NCBI GenBank assembly: GCA_902625885.1
Contig: CACODE010000006.1
Location: 8,729-72,728, forward strand
Direction of reading: 5' to 3'
DNA: 64,000 nt
Origin: an uncultured Candidatus Poseidoniales archaeon
Lineage (GTDB): Archaea > Thermoplasmatota > Poseidoniia > Poseidoniales > Poseidoniaceae
A model generated the notes under the pieces. That model was not told the origin of the DNA, ran no database searches, and worked only from the letters and a program-made list of their open reading frames with translations. The translations under genes were made by a program, and so were the position numbers. Below, piece by piece: positions 9,146 through 18,021 of this stretch. The number at the start of each line of letters is the position of its first letter. Positions within the stretch are counted from its first letter, which is position 1.

Positions 9146-10165
9146 TCACATTTCCTGTTCCTTGCTGCTCGTCCACACCAAAACGGCGTAGGCGATGTGA
9201 ATCAAAGGAATGAAGCCCAACACGATGCCGTACAGCATGCCTTCGCTCATTTGAGCACCAGACCCGGACACCCAGAACATAATGACAAGCATCACGATGA
9301 GGAACAGCGGCATGGCGACAGCAACCACGATGTAGGATTCTGCCAAGAGCGCAATGGACTCCAAAAATTGTCCGAGACGCGTCCGGTTTTCTCGCATGTA
9401 GTGCTCGGCCCTGTTGAGGAAGTACAGCTTGAGCTGCCCACCGGCCGTGAGCGTGCCGACCATGCCTTGGAAAAATTCGGTCAGCCAAACCGATGCCGCT
9501 CGGTCGACGCTCATTTTCATCGCCGTGATGAGGTCGTACCCCAGCAGCGTGATGTCTCGATAAATCATGGCGGCATCGTCCGCCACGTCGCCATAGATGT
9601 CCTTGTTCATGGCAAGCGAACGGAAAATTTTGGCGGGCGTCGCATTGGCTGCTGACATCGCGGCGGTGTAGGACGAGGCGTAGGGGAGGTATTTTTCAAT
9701 CATATCACCGCGCCGCTTGGCTTCCCGCGCAGCGCCACCCCTGTTGTACACAAAACCAGCATAGGGGACGATGACGCCACCTATGGCGACAATAACGACC
9801 TTCAAAACAACCGGAAAGACTTGCAAGGCATAGTCTGGACAACCGTCACCCGGCAGTGTAGGGTCGACAAGTTCAGCGTTCCAGTACGCCCATTCATAAC
9901 ACGGATCTTCGGTCGCAGGGTCTTGAATGCCTTCATAGAACGCAATGACACCGATGTCGGGGATGAAAAAGACGGCCACAAAGGCCCACGACATGAGCGC
10001 AATAGCGATGGACGTGACGATGACGGTCGAGAGGTACACCTCAGGCATCATGCCCATGGACCCTTTGACCAAGTTGGCCGAGAGTTCCTTGTCCGCACGC
10101 GCTCGCTTCTTCACAAACGGCCCGAGAAGCCGATTGCAGATGCGTTGCCATGCTGTCAGGTCCAT
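9146..10165 (-). CDS. type II/IV secretion system F-domain membrane protein (TadB/FlaJ N-half-like)
   Basis: 339 aa with ATG 10165 and a GGTGA SD 4 nt upstream. It has a TM, then a T2SSF-like cytoplasmic block (IEKYLPYASSYTAAMSAANATPAKIFRSLA...YRDITLLGYDLITAMKMSV), then C-terminal TMs. It lies directly downstream of the secretion ATPase. Confidence 0.65.
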   Translation of the reverse strand: MDLTAWQRICNRLLGPFVKKRARADKELSANLVKGSMGMMPEVYLSTVIVTSIAIALMSWAFVAVFFIPDIGVIAFYEGIQDPATEDPCYEWAYWNAELVDPTLPGDGCPDYALQVFPVVLKVVIVAIGGVIVPYAGFVYNRGGAAREAKRRGDMIEKYLPYASSYTAAMSAANATPAKIFRSLAMNKDIYGDVADDAAMIYRDITLLGYDLITAMKMSVDRAASVWLTEFFQGMVGTLTAGGQLKLYFLNRAEHYMRENRTRLGQFLESIALLAESYIVVAVAMPLFLIVMLVIMFWVSGSGAQMSEGMLYGIVLGFIPLIHIAYAVLVWTSSKEQEM

Positions 10166-10192
10166 CCTATCACCGCCCTTGGTTCAGCCGCC

Positions 10193-11725
10193 TCACTTCA
10201 ACCCGTCTACGCGAGCAAGAATTTCGTTGGGTCGGACGTAGTACTCCGTCACGATTTGAGACACCTGGTCCGCTTTTCGGATGTCGTTCAGGACCATCCA
10301 TTCCAAAATGCGCTTGCGTGTACGCAACTCGCGCCGCATTTCTTCTTGGCTGTAGTTGATTTTCACCATGATTTTCTCAAGCACGTAGGACTTGCCGCTG
10401 AACACGAAGTCGTCGTTTGTCACGTCCCAACGGAACACTTCGTTGGTGATGACTTCCATCGAGTTGGGGTCAATGCCCACGATTTCAACGACCTGCTTCG
10501 TGCGTCGAACACGGCGACCGTTGATACGGGTCTGAATTTGGATGGAACAGGCTTCCAGTGCGGGCAGCAACACACGAGGGATGTCGATCGGTTTGTTCTC
10601 GAGCCGGTGCACGAGGGAAGGCACGGAGTCGGCGTGGACGGTTGAGTAGGCGCAGTGGCCCGTGGCCATGGCTTGGAACAGAACGTAGGCTTCCGCACCA
10701 CGAATCTCACCGACAATGATGTATTCCGGCCGTTCACGCAACGCCGCTTTGAGCAGTTCAAACTCACCGATAACACCCTCTTCGCTCTCGCCACCAAACC
10801 CTTGCCGGGTGAGCCCGGGCACCCAGTTGGGTTGAGGGATGTTGACTTCACGGGTGGATTCGATAGAGACGATTTTCATTTGCCACGGTATGAAAATGCA
10901 CATGGCGTTCAGCGTCGTTGTTTTTCCCGATGCGGTACCGCCGACGAACAGCATGGGCACTTCGTTTTGGAAAGCGATCCACAAGTAAGCCACCATGAGG
11001 GACGACATGGTTCTGAACGCCACGATGTCGGCTGGGGAGAACGGGTCGTCCTTGAACCGCCTGATACAGAAAGCGGAACCGCGAGTCGAGATTTCGTGGC
11101 CGAGTTTCATGACGATTCTCGAACCGTCCATCAGCGTCGCATCGAGCAGCGGTTCGGCAACGGAGATGTGCTTTCCACAACGCTGGGCGAGTTTAATGAC
11201 GTAAGATTCCAATTCTTCGTCGGTTTCCCAAACACAGGTGGTCTCGACCGACTCAAACTTTCGGTGGTAGGCAAAAATGGGGATGTTGGTCCCGTCAAGC
11301 GAGATGTCTTCAACGTTAACGTCGTTCATCAGCACGTCCATCTTCCCGTAGCCGATGAGGTCCCGGCGAAGGTAGTAGAACAGTTTTGATTTGGATTTCT
11401 TGTTGATTTTCATGCTGTAAGACTTGATGACTTTGTCCATCGCCGTTCGGACGTAGGCTTCGGGATTGGAATCGATTTCTTCGATGTTTGCCGTGAGCGA
11501 ACGGATGAAAATGTCCATGATTTCGTCTCGCTGCTCTTGTTCTTTCTTGGTGAGCGGTGGTTCGATGATTTGGTAAATGATGTTCAGCGTTTGCTTGTCT
11601 CGGACAATCCGGGCAAACGCATGCGGAGGCATGACAGGGTACTTGTCAAGTTCGTCGTACTGCGCTCGCTGGCGAGCTCGCTGTCGGCCACCGCCACCGC
11701 CTCTTTTTCTTGCCATGGTCACCAT
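10193..11725 (-). CDS. type II/IV secretion ATPase (FlaI/ArlI / TadA / VirB11 family)
   Basis: Walker A GGTASGKTTTLNA, the Walker B/Asp box region ALRERPEYIIVGEIRGAEA and the His box FQAMATGHCAYSTVHA. The N-terminal domain is typical of archaeal FlaI-like ATPases. The start is ambiguous (TTG 11740, ATG 11725, ATG 11716). Confidence 0.85.
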   Translation of the reverse strand: MVTMARKRGGGGGRQRARQRAQYDELDKYPVMPPHAFARIVRDKQTLNIIYQIIEPPLTKKEQEQRDEIMDIFIRSLTANIEEIDSNPEAYVRTAMDKVIKSYSMKINKKSKSKLFYYLRRDLIGYGKMDVLMNDVNVEDISLDGTNIPIFAYHRKFESVETTCVWETDEELESYVIKLAQRCGKHISVAEPLLDATLMDGSRIVMKLGHEISTRGSAFCIRRFKDDPFSPADIVAFRTMSSLMVAYLWIAFQNEVPMLFVGGTASGKTTTLNAMCIFIPWQMKIVSIESTREVNIPQPNWVPGLTRQGFGGESEEGVIGEFELLKAALRERPEYIIVGEIRGAEAYVLFQAMATGHCAYSTVHADSVPSLVHRLENKPIDIPRVLLPALEACSIQIQTRINGRRVRRTKQVVEIVGIDPNSMEVITNEVFRWDVTNDDFVFSGKSYVLEKIMVKINYSQEEMRRELRTRKRILEWMVLNDIRKADQVSQIVTEYYVRPNEILARVDGLK

Positions 11726-11831
11726 CCCCCCTGATTGCAAACTGCTACAACATCTCCCCGACTATAACACTTGGGTGAAAATCAGGCATAAATCGCCCTG
11801 CTGTGCTGAATGTTTTGTCCACGAACCGCGC

Positions 11832-12389
11832 CTAGTTGTCCTGAGAAACGCCGGCGAGCCAACCGGTGCACCTGCGATGGAATTCAGGGAGGGCGACGTC
11901 GTTAACTATCGTGTGCGTGGCCTGTTTGATCAGGTCCTCAAGCCCCCAACCGCGTTCTCGCTCGTTTCGGGTCTCAAAGGCTTCACGATCGCCATCCTCC
12001 GGGCGACCGCGTTGAAGGATTCGCTGGAACCGCAACTCTAGGGCCGCTTCGATGGCCACGGTTTGGTACGCATCGCCCCACCGTGCAGCAAAAACGGCGT
12101 CCTCAGCGGTACCGCGAAGGCCGTCGATGAGCACCAGAGCATGATCGTTTAGCAACTGGTCCACACGGTCGCAAAGACGGACGGCAAGAACGTCTTCGCC
12201 ATGCTCGGCTCGCAACGCTGCAGCCACCTCGCCGTACACGTGCGGTGCTTCTTCTAACCCTTGACGCACAACCTCAGCGCGTATCATATCGCCCATGGAA
12301 ACGATGGGGATGTTTGCCGCCGCCATCACCGCCGCAAATTCGCCTTTACCCGAACCCGGCATGCCACAAACCGCCACGACACGAGCCAT
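11832..12389 (-). CDS. UPF0200-type P-loop nucleotide kinase (adenylate/dephospho-CoA kinase-like)
   Basis: 185 aa. MARVVAVCGMPGSGKGEFAAV...IVSMGDMIRAEV matches the archaeal UPF0200 small kinase pattern of a P-loop followed by SMGD.(I/V)R.E. Confidence 0.6.
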   Translation of the reverse strand: MARVVAVCGMPGSGKGEFAAVMAAANIPIVSMGDMIRAEVVRQGLEEAPHVYGEVAAALRAEHGEDVLAVRLCDRVDQLLNDHALVLIDGLRGTAEDAVFAARWGDAYQTVAIEAALELRFQRILQRGRPEDGDREAFETRNERERGWGLEDLIKQATHTIVNDVALPEFHRRCTGWLAGVSQDN

Positions 12390-12440
12390 GGCTTTGCTCT
12401 AGGGCGGATGCTCAAGAACATACCTCCTTTCAAACCCGAC

Positions 12441-14138
12441 TTAGTTTGAGAATTCGGATTTGCCCCATCGACGGTCCATCAATCTCCAAAGCAACATGGA
12501 GGCGAAAATCAACCCGACAGAAATGGCGATCATCCCCATGTAACCTTGCTGAACCATCGAGTCGTCGTACATCTGTGCGGTGGCAGCAAGGCCGTCCTGA
12601 CTCGCGCGTTCCCACCAATTTCCATAGAGGCCGACATCTCCTTGCGTGAACGACAAAAGAAACAGACCGAGAAGAGGCAAAACGGTGCCGATCCAAAACC
12701 ACACCATGATGGAGGCATCAAAAATGGCTTTGTTCGGTCTGAGGCCCATCAGAAAGGCCGTCAAGGCGACGATGTAAATCGAGTTGGCAAACATGACCAC
12801 GATGCTCGTGGGGAGAGAGGCCCACTCATCCAGACGCCAGGCCATCAACACGATGAAAATGAGCGAAATCCACGAGGTGGCGAGGAAGTACACCACGACC
12901 TTTGCTCGTATCAAATCCGGGACCTTCAGCGGTAGCCCGTTCATGAACTCCGGTGAATCCAGAATGGTCAGCCACGAATAAAAGTTGAAGCCAAAGAATC
13001 CCAAAAAAGGGGCGTAAGAAAGAAGGTTGATGGGGATGGGCGCCTCTGCGAAATCGACCAGCCAAGCCATGCCCAAGAGCACCAACAACGGGATGGCGTA
13101 GGAGACGGTCATTTTCTTGATGGCTCCCGACCTGAAAAGATCGACGAACTCCTTGGAGACGATGAGACGAATGTCGCCTCGGCCCAAAAAGCCCAACCGG
13201 CGGTAAACCGGCGTCAGCAGGTCGCCACGCTCGACGACGCTGACGTCAAAATCATCCAAAATGAGCAACGAAGCTCCAAGGCCGATGCCGAGGGACAGCA
13301 GCATCCCAAGGAGAATGGCCATCCCGCTTTGCGTCGATTGGGCTGCTAGACCCCAAAGGAGGACATCCAAAGGCAGAGCTCCAACGCCGATACCAACGCC
13401 CATGACGACGACGACCACGGGGCCGAAAACGGTGAAGGGGCGGCCTCTAAGCCACAGCGAGGAAGCCAGGAAGGACAACGCCAGCCCCTGCCCAAGCGTC
13501 GTCGCCATGGCGAGCCATGTCCAAGGGAGCGAGGACCAAAGAAGCGGCGTACGGATACCAGCGAACCCATCAAGAAGAATCCCAAGGGCCATGCCGGCGA
13601 TGATTGGTGTAAGGATCAAGAGCACATAGAACAGCAAATCTTTGACGAAATACGCAAAATGCGCCATGGAATTGGGGAGCGGCTGAAGAGCGGGCGCAGC
13701 GAGCAGGTAATTTTTCGTGCCTGTGCGACGAACGATGGCGTCCCTGCCCATGAACGCAAAGGTTCCCATGCCAAGCGAAAACATGAACATCGGCAGATGG
13801 AGAGCGAAACGCAGTTCCTGCCAAGTGAACGTTTTGTTGTCAATGTCGGAGGTCTGGGCCGTTGAATCGCCGACAAGGAATTGCAGACCGATGGTGGAGA
13901 TGGCGGTGACCAAGGTAAGAAGCAGCGGAAAGAGAACCATCTGCCGTTTCTTAGCGAATTCAACGCTCTTTCGTGCCTCTTCAAGAAACATCACCCGAAA
14001 GGTTGCTGAAAAGGAAGCCCAACCGCGCAACGGCTCGTTCAGCACAACGCCGTGTGCGGAAGTGCGCAACGATGCGGCGTCGCTGAAGTCCTCCTCCGTC
14101 CAAAGACGCGATTCGATGACGGTCCCTGCCATGTTCAT
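12441..14138 (-). CDS. polytopic membrane protein, putative ABC transporter permease
   Basis: 565 aa with more than 10 hydrophobic helices. Its ATG overlaps the stop of the upstream ABC ATPase gene (ATGA at 14135-14138), implying a permease partner. No specific family recognised. Confidence 0.55.
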   Translation of the reverse strand: MNMAGTVIESRLWTEEDFSDAASLRTSAHGVVLNEPLRGWASFSATFRVMFLEEARKSVEFAKKRQMVLFPLLLTLVTAISTIGLQFLVGDSTAQTSDIDNKTFTWQELRFALHLPMFMFSLGMGTFAFMGRDAIVRRTGTKNYLLAAPALQPLPNSMAHFAYFVKDLLFYVLLILTPIIAGMALGILLDGFAGIRTPLLWSSLPWTWLAMATTLGQGLALSFLASSLWLRGRPFTVFGPVVVVVMGVGIGVGALPLDVLLWGLAAQSTQSGMAILLGMLLSLGIGLGASLLILDDFDVSVVERGDLLTPVYRRLGFLGRGDIRLIVSKEFVDLFRSGAIKKMTVSYAIPLLVLLGMAWLVDFAEAPIPINLLSYAPFLGFFGFNFYSWLTILDSPEFMNGLPLKVPDLIRAKVVVYFLATSWISLIFIVLMAWRLDEWASLPTSIVVMFANSIYIVALTAFLMGLRPNKAIFDASIMVWFWIGTVLPLLGLFLLSFTQGDVGLYGNWWERASQDGLAATAQMYDDSMVQQGYMGMIAISVGLIFASMLLWRLMDRRWGKSEFSN

Positions 14139-14920
14139 TCCTCTGCGTCGTCCGCCACGCCCTCATCGCTGAGACGTTCCACGTCCTCTATCGAACGCCC
14201 AACGAGCCTGATGAACACGTCTTCCAAGGTCTCGTCAGTCGATTGTTTCAGGCCTTTGACCGTGCCGGCAGCGAGCACTTTCCCGTCGTTGATGATGGCC
14301 ATCCTGTTGCACATCCGCTCGGCCATTTCAAGCACGTGGGAGCAGAGAAAGATGGTCCCGCCCTCGGCGACATGATTGAGCAACCATTGCCGGCATTTGC
14401 GCTGGTATATCGGGTCGAGGTTGGCAAAGGGTTCGTCAAGGAAGAGCAGTTTCGGCTTGTGGATAAAGGCGCTTGCAAGCATGACTTTTTGTCGCTGACC
14501 TTTGGACAAATCTTTGCACATAGTGTCCCGTTTTTCATCGAGACCAAACCAGTCGAGCCAATGCTCCACCTTGGCCTTCATGTCGCTCACGCCACGGAGT
14601 CGGGCGACGAACTCAAGAAATTCTGCCGGGGTGAGGAACGAAGGGGGCGATTCAGATTCTGGGACGATACCGATGTTGGCTTTCACCTTCTGTGGGTCGT
14701 TCACGGCGTCAACACCGAGGACCTCAATTCGGCCTTTGCTCGGCCGGAGTTGCCCGGTGAGGAGTTTGATGAACGTGGATTTACCGGCCCCGTTTGGACC
14801 AAACACCCCAAAGAACTCACCAGCATGAACCTGAACGTTAAGGGGATGCAGTGCGATGAAATCACCGTATTTTTTTGCCATGTCTATGGCACTGACCATC
14901 GGTTCTGCCTCGTCAGTCAT
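14135..14920 (-). CDS. ABC transporter ATP-binding protein
   Basis: Walker A GPNGAGKSTF, signature-like LSKGQRQKVMLA and Walker B LLFLDEPFANLD. Start moved to ATG 14920 (MTDEAEPMVSAIDM...), which sits about 26 nt downstream of a TATA-like TATGATAATC and may therefore be leaderless. Longer alternatives at 14986 and 15259 overlap or abut the divergent gene. Confidence 0.85.
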   Translation of the reverse strand: MTDEAEPMVSAIDMAKKYGDFIALHPLNVQVHAGEFFGVFGPNGAGKSTFIKLLTGQLRPSKGRIEVLGVDAVNDPQKVKANIGIVPESESPPSFLTPAEFLEFVARLRGVSDMKAKVEHWLDWFGLDEKRDTMCKDLSKGQRQKVMLASAFIHKPKLLFLDEPFANLDPIYQRKCRQWLLNHVAEGGTIFLCSHVLEMAERMCNRMAIINDGKVLAAGTVKGLKQSTDETLEDVFIRLVGRSIEDVERLSDEGVADDAEE

Positions 14921-14940
14921 GCCCCGTTGATTTCGTTTCT

Positions 14941-14950
14941 GATTATCATA
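14941..14950. promoter_or_regulatory. AT-rich TATA-like element in divergent intergenic region
   Basis: GATTATCATA (minus strand TATGATAATC) is the only AT-rich patch between the divergent ABC ATPase gene (start 14920) and crotonase gene (start 15014). It is about 26 nt from the minus-strand ATG. Confidence 0.3.
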
Positions 14951-15013
14951 CCTTGGTTTGTGCTCATTGATGTCCGGCGATGACATCAAGAAGAAGGGGC
15001 CGTTAGAAGTGGC

Positions 15014-15856
15014 ATGAACCCACCCCAAAGTGACGTTGTGAGCGTTGAACTTCACCCCATCGACGAAGAGAAAGAACTCGGGCACTTTGCCTGCATGACG
15101 ATCAACAGGCCCGACAAACTGAACGCTTTGAACAGCGAAGTGATGGCGTCCATCAAGGCGGTTTGTGCTTGGATGGAAGAACAAGACAGCGTACGGGTTT
15201 TGGTCGTCACCGGCGCTCCACCGAACCCACCGCCGGAGGGGAAGCGAGCCAAACCCCATGCCTTTGTCGCCGGTGCGGACATCACCGAGTTCATCGGCGC
15301 TGATGTGGACAGCATCCGGAAGCGGTTCACGGACAACGCCGTGGAAGCGATTTGGAACCTCACCAAACCCACCATCGCCATGGTGGACGGTTTTGCTCTG
15401 GGCGGTGGTTGTGAAATCGCTTGCTCCTGCGACATCCGCGTTTCAAGCGATCGCTCGACGTACGGAACGCCAGAGATCAACCTTGGTCTTATTCCTGGAT
15501 ACGGAGCCACGCAGCGATTGGAACGGCTCGTCGGCTACGGGAAGGCGCACGAGATGGTCATGACCGGCGACATGGTGCCGGCAGAAGAGGCTCACAGAAT
15601 CGGCCTCACCAACCACGTTGTATCGCCGGGTGAGTTGGAAGCAACGGTGTTCGCCATGGCTCGACGTATCGGCAGCAAATCGTCCCACACGCTAGCGGTT
15701 GGGAAGCGCACGGTGCGAGCGGCCCTCGATGTTGGTCTCTCCGAGGGCATCGGGGTTGAGCTGGATGAATTTTCACAGATCTTTGCAAGCGAGGACCAAG
15801 AGATTGGTGTTCGCGCCTTTGTCAACAGAGAAACGGCTGAGTGGAAGCATCGCTGA
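15014..15856 (+). CDS. enoyl-CoA hydratase (crotonase family)
   Basis: MTINRPDKLNALN, HAFVAGADITEF and MVDGFALGGGCEIACSCD are canonical crotonase-fold blocks. Confidence 0.8.
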   Translation: MNPPQSDVVSVELHPIDEEKELGHFACMTINRPDKLNALNSEVMASIKAVCAWMEEQDSVRVLVVTGAPPNPPPEGKRAKPHAFVAGADITEFIGADVDSIRKRFTDNAVEAIWNLTKPTIAMVDGFALGGGCEIACSCDIRVSSDRSTYGTPEINLGLIPGYGATQRLERLVGYGKAHEMVMTGDMVPAEEAHRIGLTNHVVSPGELEATVFAMARRIGSKSSHTLAVGKRTVRAALDVGLSEGIGVELDEFSQIFASEDQEIGVRAFVNRETAEWKHR

Positions 15857-15891
15857 CTGTGTGGCGGACAGTGGCTACTTGCGAGGGAGCG

Positions 15892-16824
15892 CTACTCTTT
15901 CATTTCTTCACGCATGGCGTCAAGAGCGGTGCTCGATGAAGGCAGAGGCGGGAGCGCCAAAGGCGTGCCGTCTGGACCCATGAGTGGAGGCAACGCCTTT
16001 CCATCAGGCCCGAGCAGTACCGGGGGTGCTGCCGGCTCAGGTTGGCTCGAGCCAATGGATTCAAAGCCGGTATCGAGGGGCAAGCGAAGCTTGAGGATGC
16101 GCCCCTCGTCAATGCGAACAAAGGTGGCCCCGTATACATGCCCGGGCGCCGGGTTTTCGGGCTCGACGAGCACGGTATGGCCGTGGCCTTGGGTTTGAAG
16201 CAACGCCACGAGGTCCTCTCCTGATGCATAGTCTTCCCACATGCGAGCGGTGGAGGCTCGAATGTCGGCCATCTGGCCCATTCGACGACGCTTGATTCGC
16301 TCTCTGATGGCCTCGTGACGAACCCTTCGGTCCCTTACCGTGACCTCGATGTCAGCGTCTTCGACCGACTCCGGACTGACATCCACCACGTATTCATCGG
16401 CGATGTGAACTTCCTCAAGTTCGACCTCGATGACGACTTCTTGTTCCTCTTCATCGCTGTCCTCGGCCATTTTTGCCGCCTCAGCAGCGGCTATTTTAGC
16501 GAGTTTTCGCTCCCGCAACGATGCGCCATCAACGGGTGTTGACCGAACCGGTTCTGGAATGTCGTCCTCCTCATCCTCGGCGCCCTCTGCCTCGGTTTCG
16601 GCGGCGTTTTCAATTTCAGGAGTGGTCGCCGCCTGAGCACGGGATGGCCGAGACTTTCGTCGAGGTTTTTTATTTCCACCAAGGTTGATCCACAACACGG
16701 CAAGCAACGCCATGGCCGCCACAAAAGCCCACTTGGCTTCGTCCGTGAGTTGGCCGAGGGTCGAGAGATAGAAGCCAAACACGGAGATGAACAACACGCC
16801 AACAGCGGTCCTTGCGAATCCCAT
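15892..16824 (-). CDS. hypothetical membrane protein with acidic/charged linker
   Basis: The track start at 16842 is TTG, and the first ATG at 16824 gives MGFARTAVGVLFISVFGFYL. It has two N-terminal TM helices, a K/R patch, a highly acidic E/D/A region and a Pro-rich C-terminus. No family recognised. Confidence 0.45.
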   Translation of the reverse strand: MGFARTAVGVLFISVFGFYLSTLGQLTDEAKWAFVAAMALLAVLWINLGGNKKPRRKSRPSRAQAATTPEIENAAETEAEGAEDEEDDIPEPVRSTPVDGASLRERKLAKIAAAEAAKMAEDSDEEEQEVVIEVELEEVHIADEYVVDVSPESVEDADIEVTVRDRRVRHEAIRERIKRRRMGQMADIRASTARMWEDYASGEDLVALLQTQGHGHTVLVEPENPAPGHVYGATFVRIDEGRILKLRLPLDTGFESIGSSQPEPAAPPVLLGPDGKALPPLMGPDGTPLALPPLPSSSTALDAMREEMKE

Positions 16825-16872
16825 GTCCCTCGCCCTATCCAATCATTCGTTCTTTATGACGATGATGGAACG

Positions 16873-17547
16873 CTACGGTCCATCCTGTGAACGCTGGTTT
16901 TGCCATTCATTCAGCAAATCGTCAAGCGCTCTTTTTCGATGACTAAAGCGATGCTTCACTTCCACACCAACCTCCCCGAAGGTTTGGCCATGGGTGCTCA
17001 GAGAACCAAGGTTTTCAGGATCGAGAGGGTGTCCGTCTTCGTCCAAATCGTAGGGGATAAAAATCGGGTCGAAACCGAAACCTTCCGCCCCCTGAATTTG
17101 GGAGGCAATGGAGCCCTGGCATTCACCACGCCCGATCAGTACCTCTCCGTTCTTCCACAGGACGGAGACCGCCTTGAAAGAGGCGGCGCGGAGCCGTTTC
17201 GCCCGAACGGGGTCCTCGCTCTGAAGGTGTTCGAGCAAGCGTATAACACCTTGATTGCCGATTGTATCGTAGGCGTAGGAGGAGTAAACTCCCGGGAACC
17301 CGTCCAGAGCCGTCACGAAAAGGCCGGCATCCTCCACGAGGAGCATGGCGTTGTCGTGAGGCAGATGGTTCAGCGCTTGCTCAATTTTGGCCCTAGCCAC
17401 CGACTCCAGGTCCGAGGCTTGCGGCTCGACAATGGCTCCATCGGGGACCTCCAGACACTTCACCTCTATGCCGAGCTCTGCAAAATGCACGGAGGCCTCG
17501 GCTAACTTGCCCGGATTTGAGGTCAAGAACCAAACCGTGTCGCTCAT
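16873..17547 (-). CDS. rdgB: non-canonical purine NTP pyrophosphatase (RdgB/HAM1/ITPase family)
   Basis: FLTSNPGKLAEA, LVEDAGLFVTALDGFPGVYS, FGFDPIFIP and SHRKRAL are the conserved HAM1 blocks. Start moved to ATG 17547 (MSDTVWFL...). Confidence 0.8.
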   Translation of the reverse strand: MSDTVWFLTSNPGKLAEASVHFAELGIEVKCLEVPDGAIVEPQASDLESVARAKIEQALNHLPHDNAMLLVEDAGLFVTALDGFPGVYSSYAYDTIGNQGVIRLLEHLQSEDPVRAKRLRAASFKAVSVLWKNGEVLIGRGECQGSIASQIQGAEGFGFDPIFIPYDLDEDGHPLDPENLGSLSTHGQTFGEVGVEVKHRFSHRKRALDDLLNEWQNQRSQDGP

Positions 17548-17648
17548 GATATCTACGAACAAGCGGCGGCCTATGACCATGCTTGTTTTGGGTTGATGAG
17601 CGCCAGTCAAGAAGGAGATTCTTTAATCTCGTTCGAACTCAAACGAGC

Positions 17649-18020
17649 ATGATATCAAACTGGGTTCTTGTTGCTTTGGGTGGAGGGCTTGGTGCCGTTC
17701 TTCGTTTTGCGGTGAGCGAGGCCATCCCTTCAGAGGATGTGCCGTGGGCCACGTTATCGGTGAATTTGGTCGGTTCGCTGCTGCTTGGGGCGATGACGGC
17801 TGCTGTGGCCACGCAGGTGATGTCCGAGTCGCAAGCCATGTTCCTAGGCATGGGACTCCTTGGCGCCTTCACGACGATGTCAACCTACTCGGTTGAAACC
17901 ATTGGGCTCATCGAGGACGGAAAGTGGCGTATTGCTGTTGCATATGTCCTGTTAACGGCCGCTGCAGGCCCCATGCTGGCATGGATTGGCTGGAAGAGCG
18001 GGAACGCCATGTTGGCATGA
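17649..18020 (+). CDS. crcB: fluoride ion channel CrcB/FluC
   Basis: 123 aa from ATG 17649, with four hydrophobic helices. VALGGGLGAVLRF, TLSVNLVGSLLLG and GLLGAFTTMSTYS match the CrcB pattern. Confidence 0.8.
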   Translation: MISNWVLVALGGGLGAVLRFAVSEAIPSEDVPWATLSVNLVGSLLLGAMTAAVATQVMSESQAMFLGMGLLGAFTTMSTYSVETIGLIEDGKWRIAVAYVLLTAAAGPMLAWIGWKSGNAMLA

Positions 18021-18021
18021 T

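Noticed and set aside
9461-9480. Extra copies of the TTGGAAAA half-site inside coding regions (near 9470, 49610 and 57230)
   Set aside because: These are single half-sites without a palindromic partner, and they lie within genes. They show that the 8-mer alone is not rare, so only the promoter-proximal palindromes are reported.
17548-17648. Possible fluoride riboswitch (crcB motif) upstream of crcB
   Set aside because: I could not find the conserved crcB-motif elements (a GGxGAUGG-type 5' segment, AACCGCC, or a 3' GAUGAUGCCUAC-like segment) in the 101-nt spacer. Only a covariance-model scan (Rfam RF01734) could settle this.
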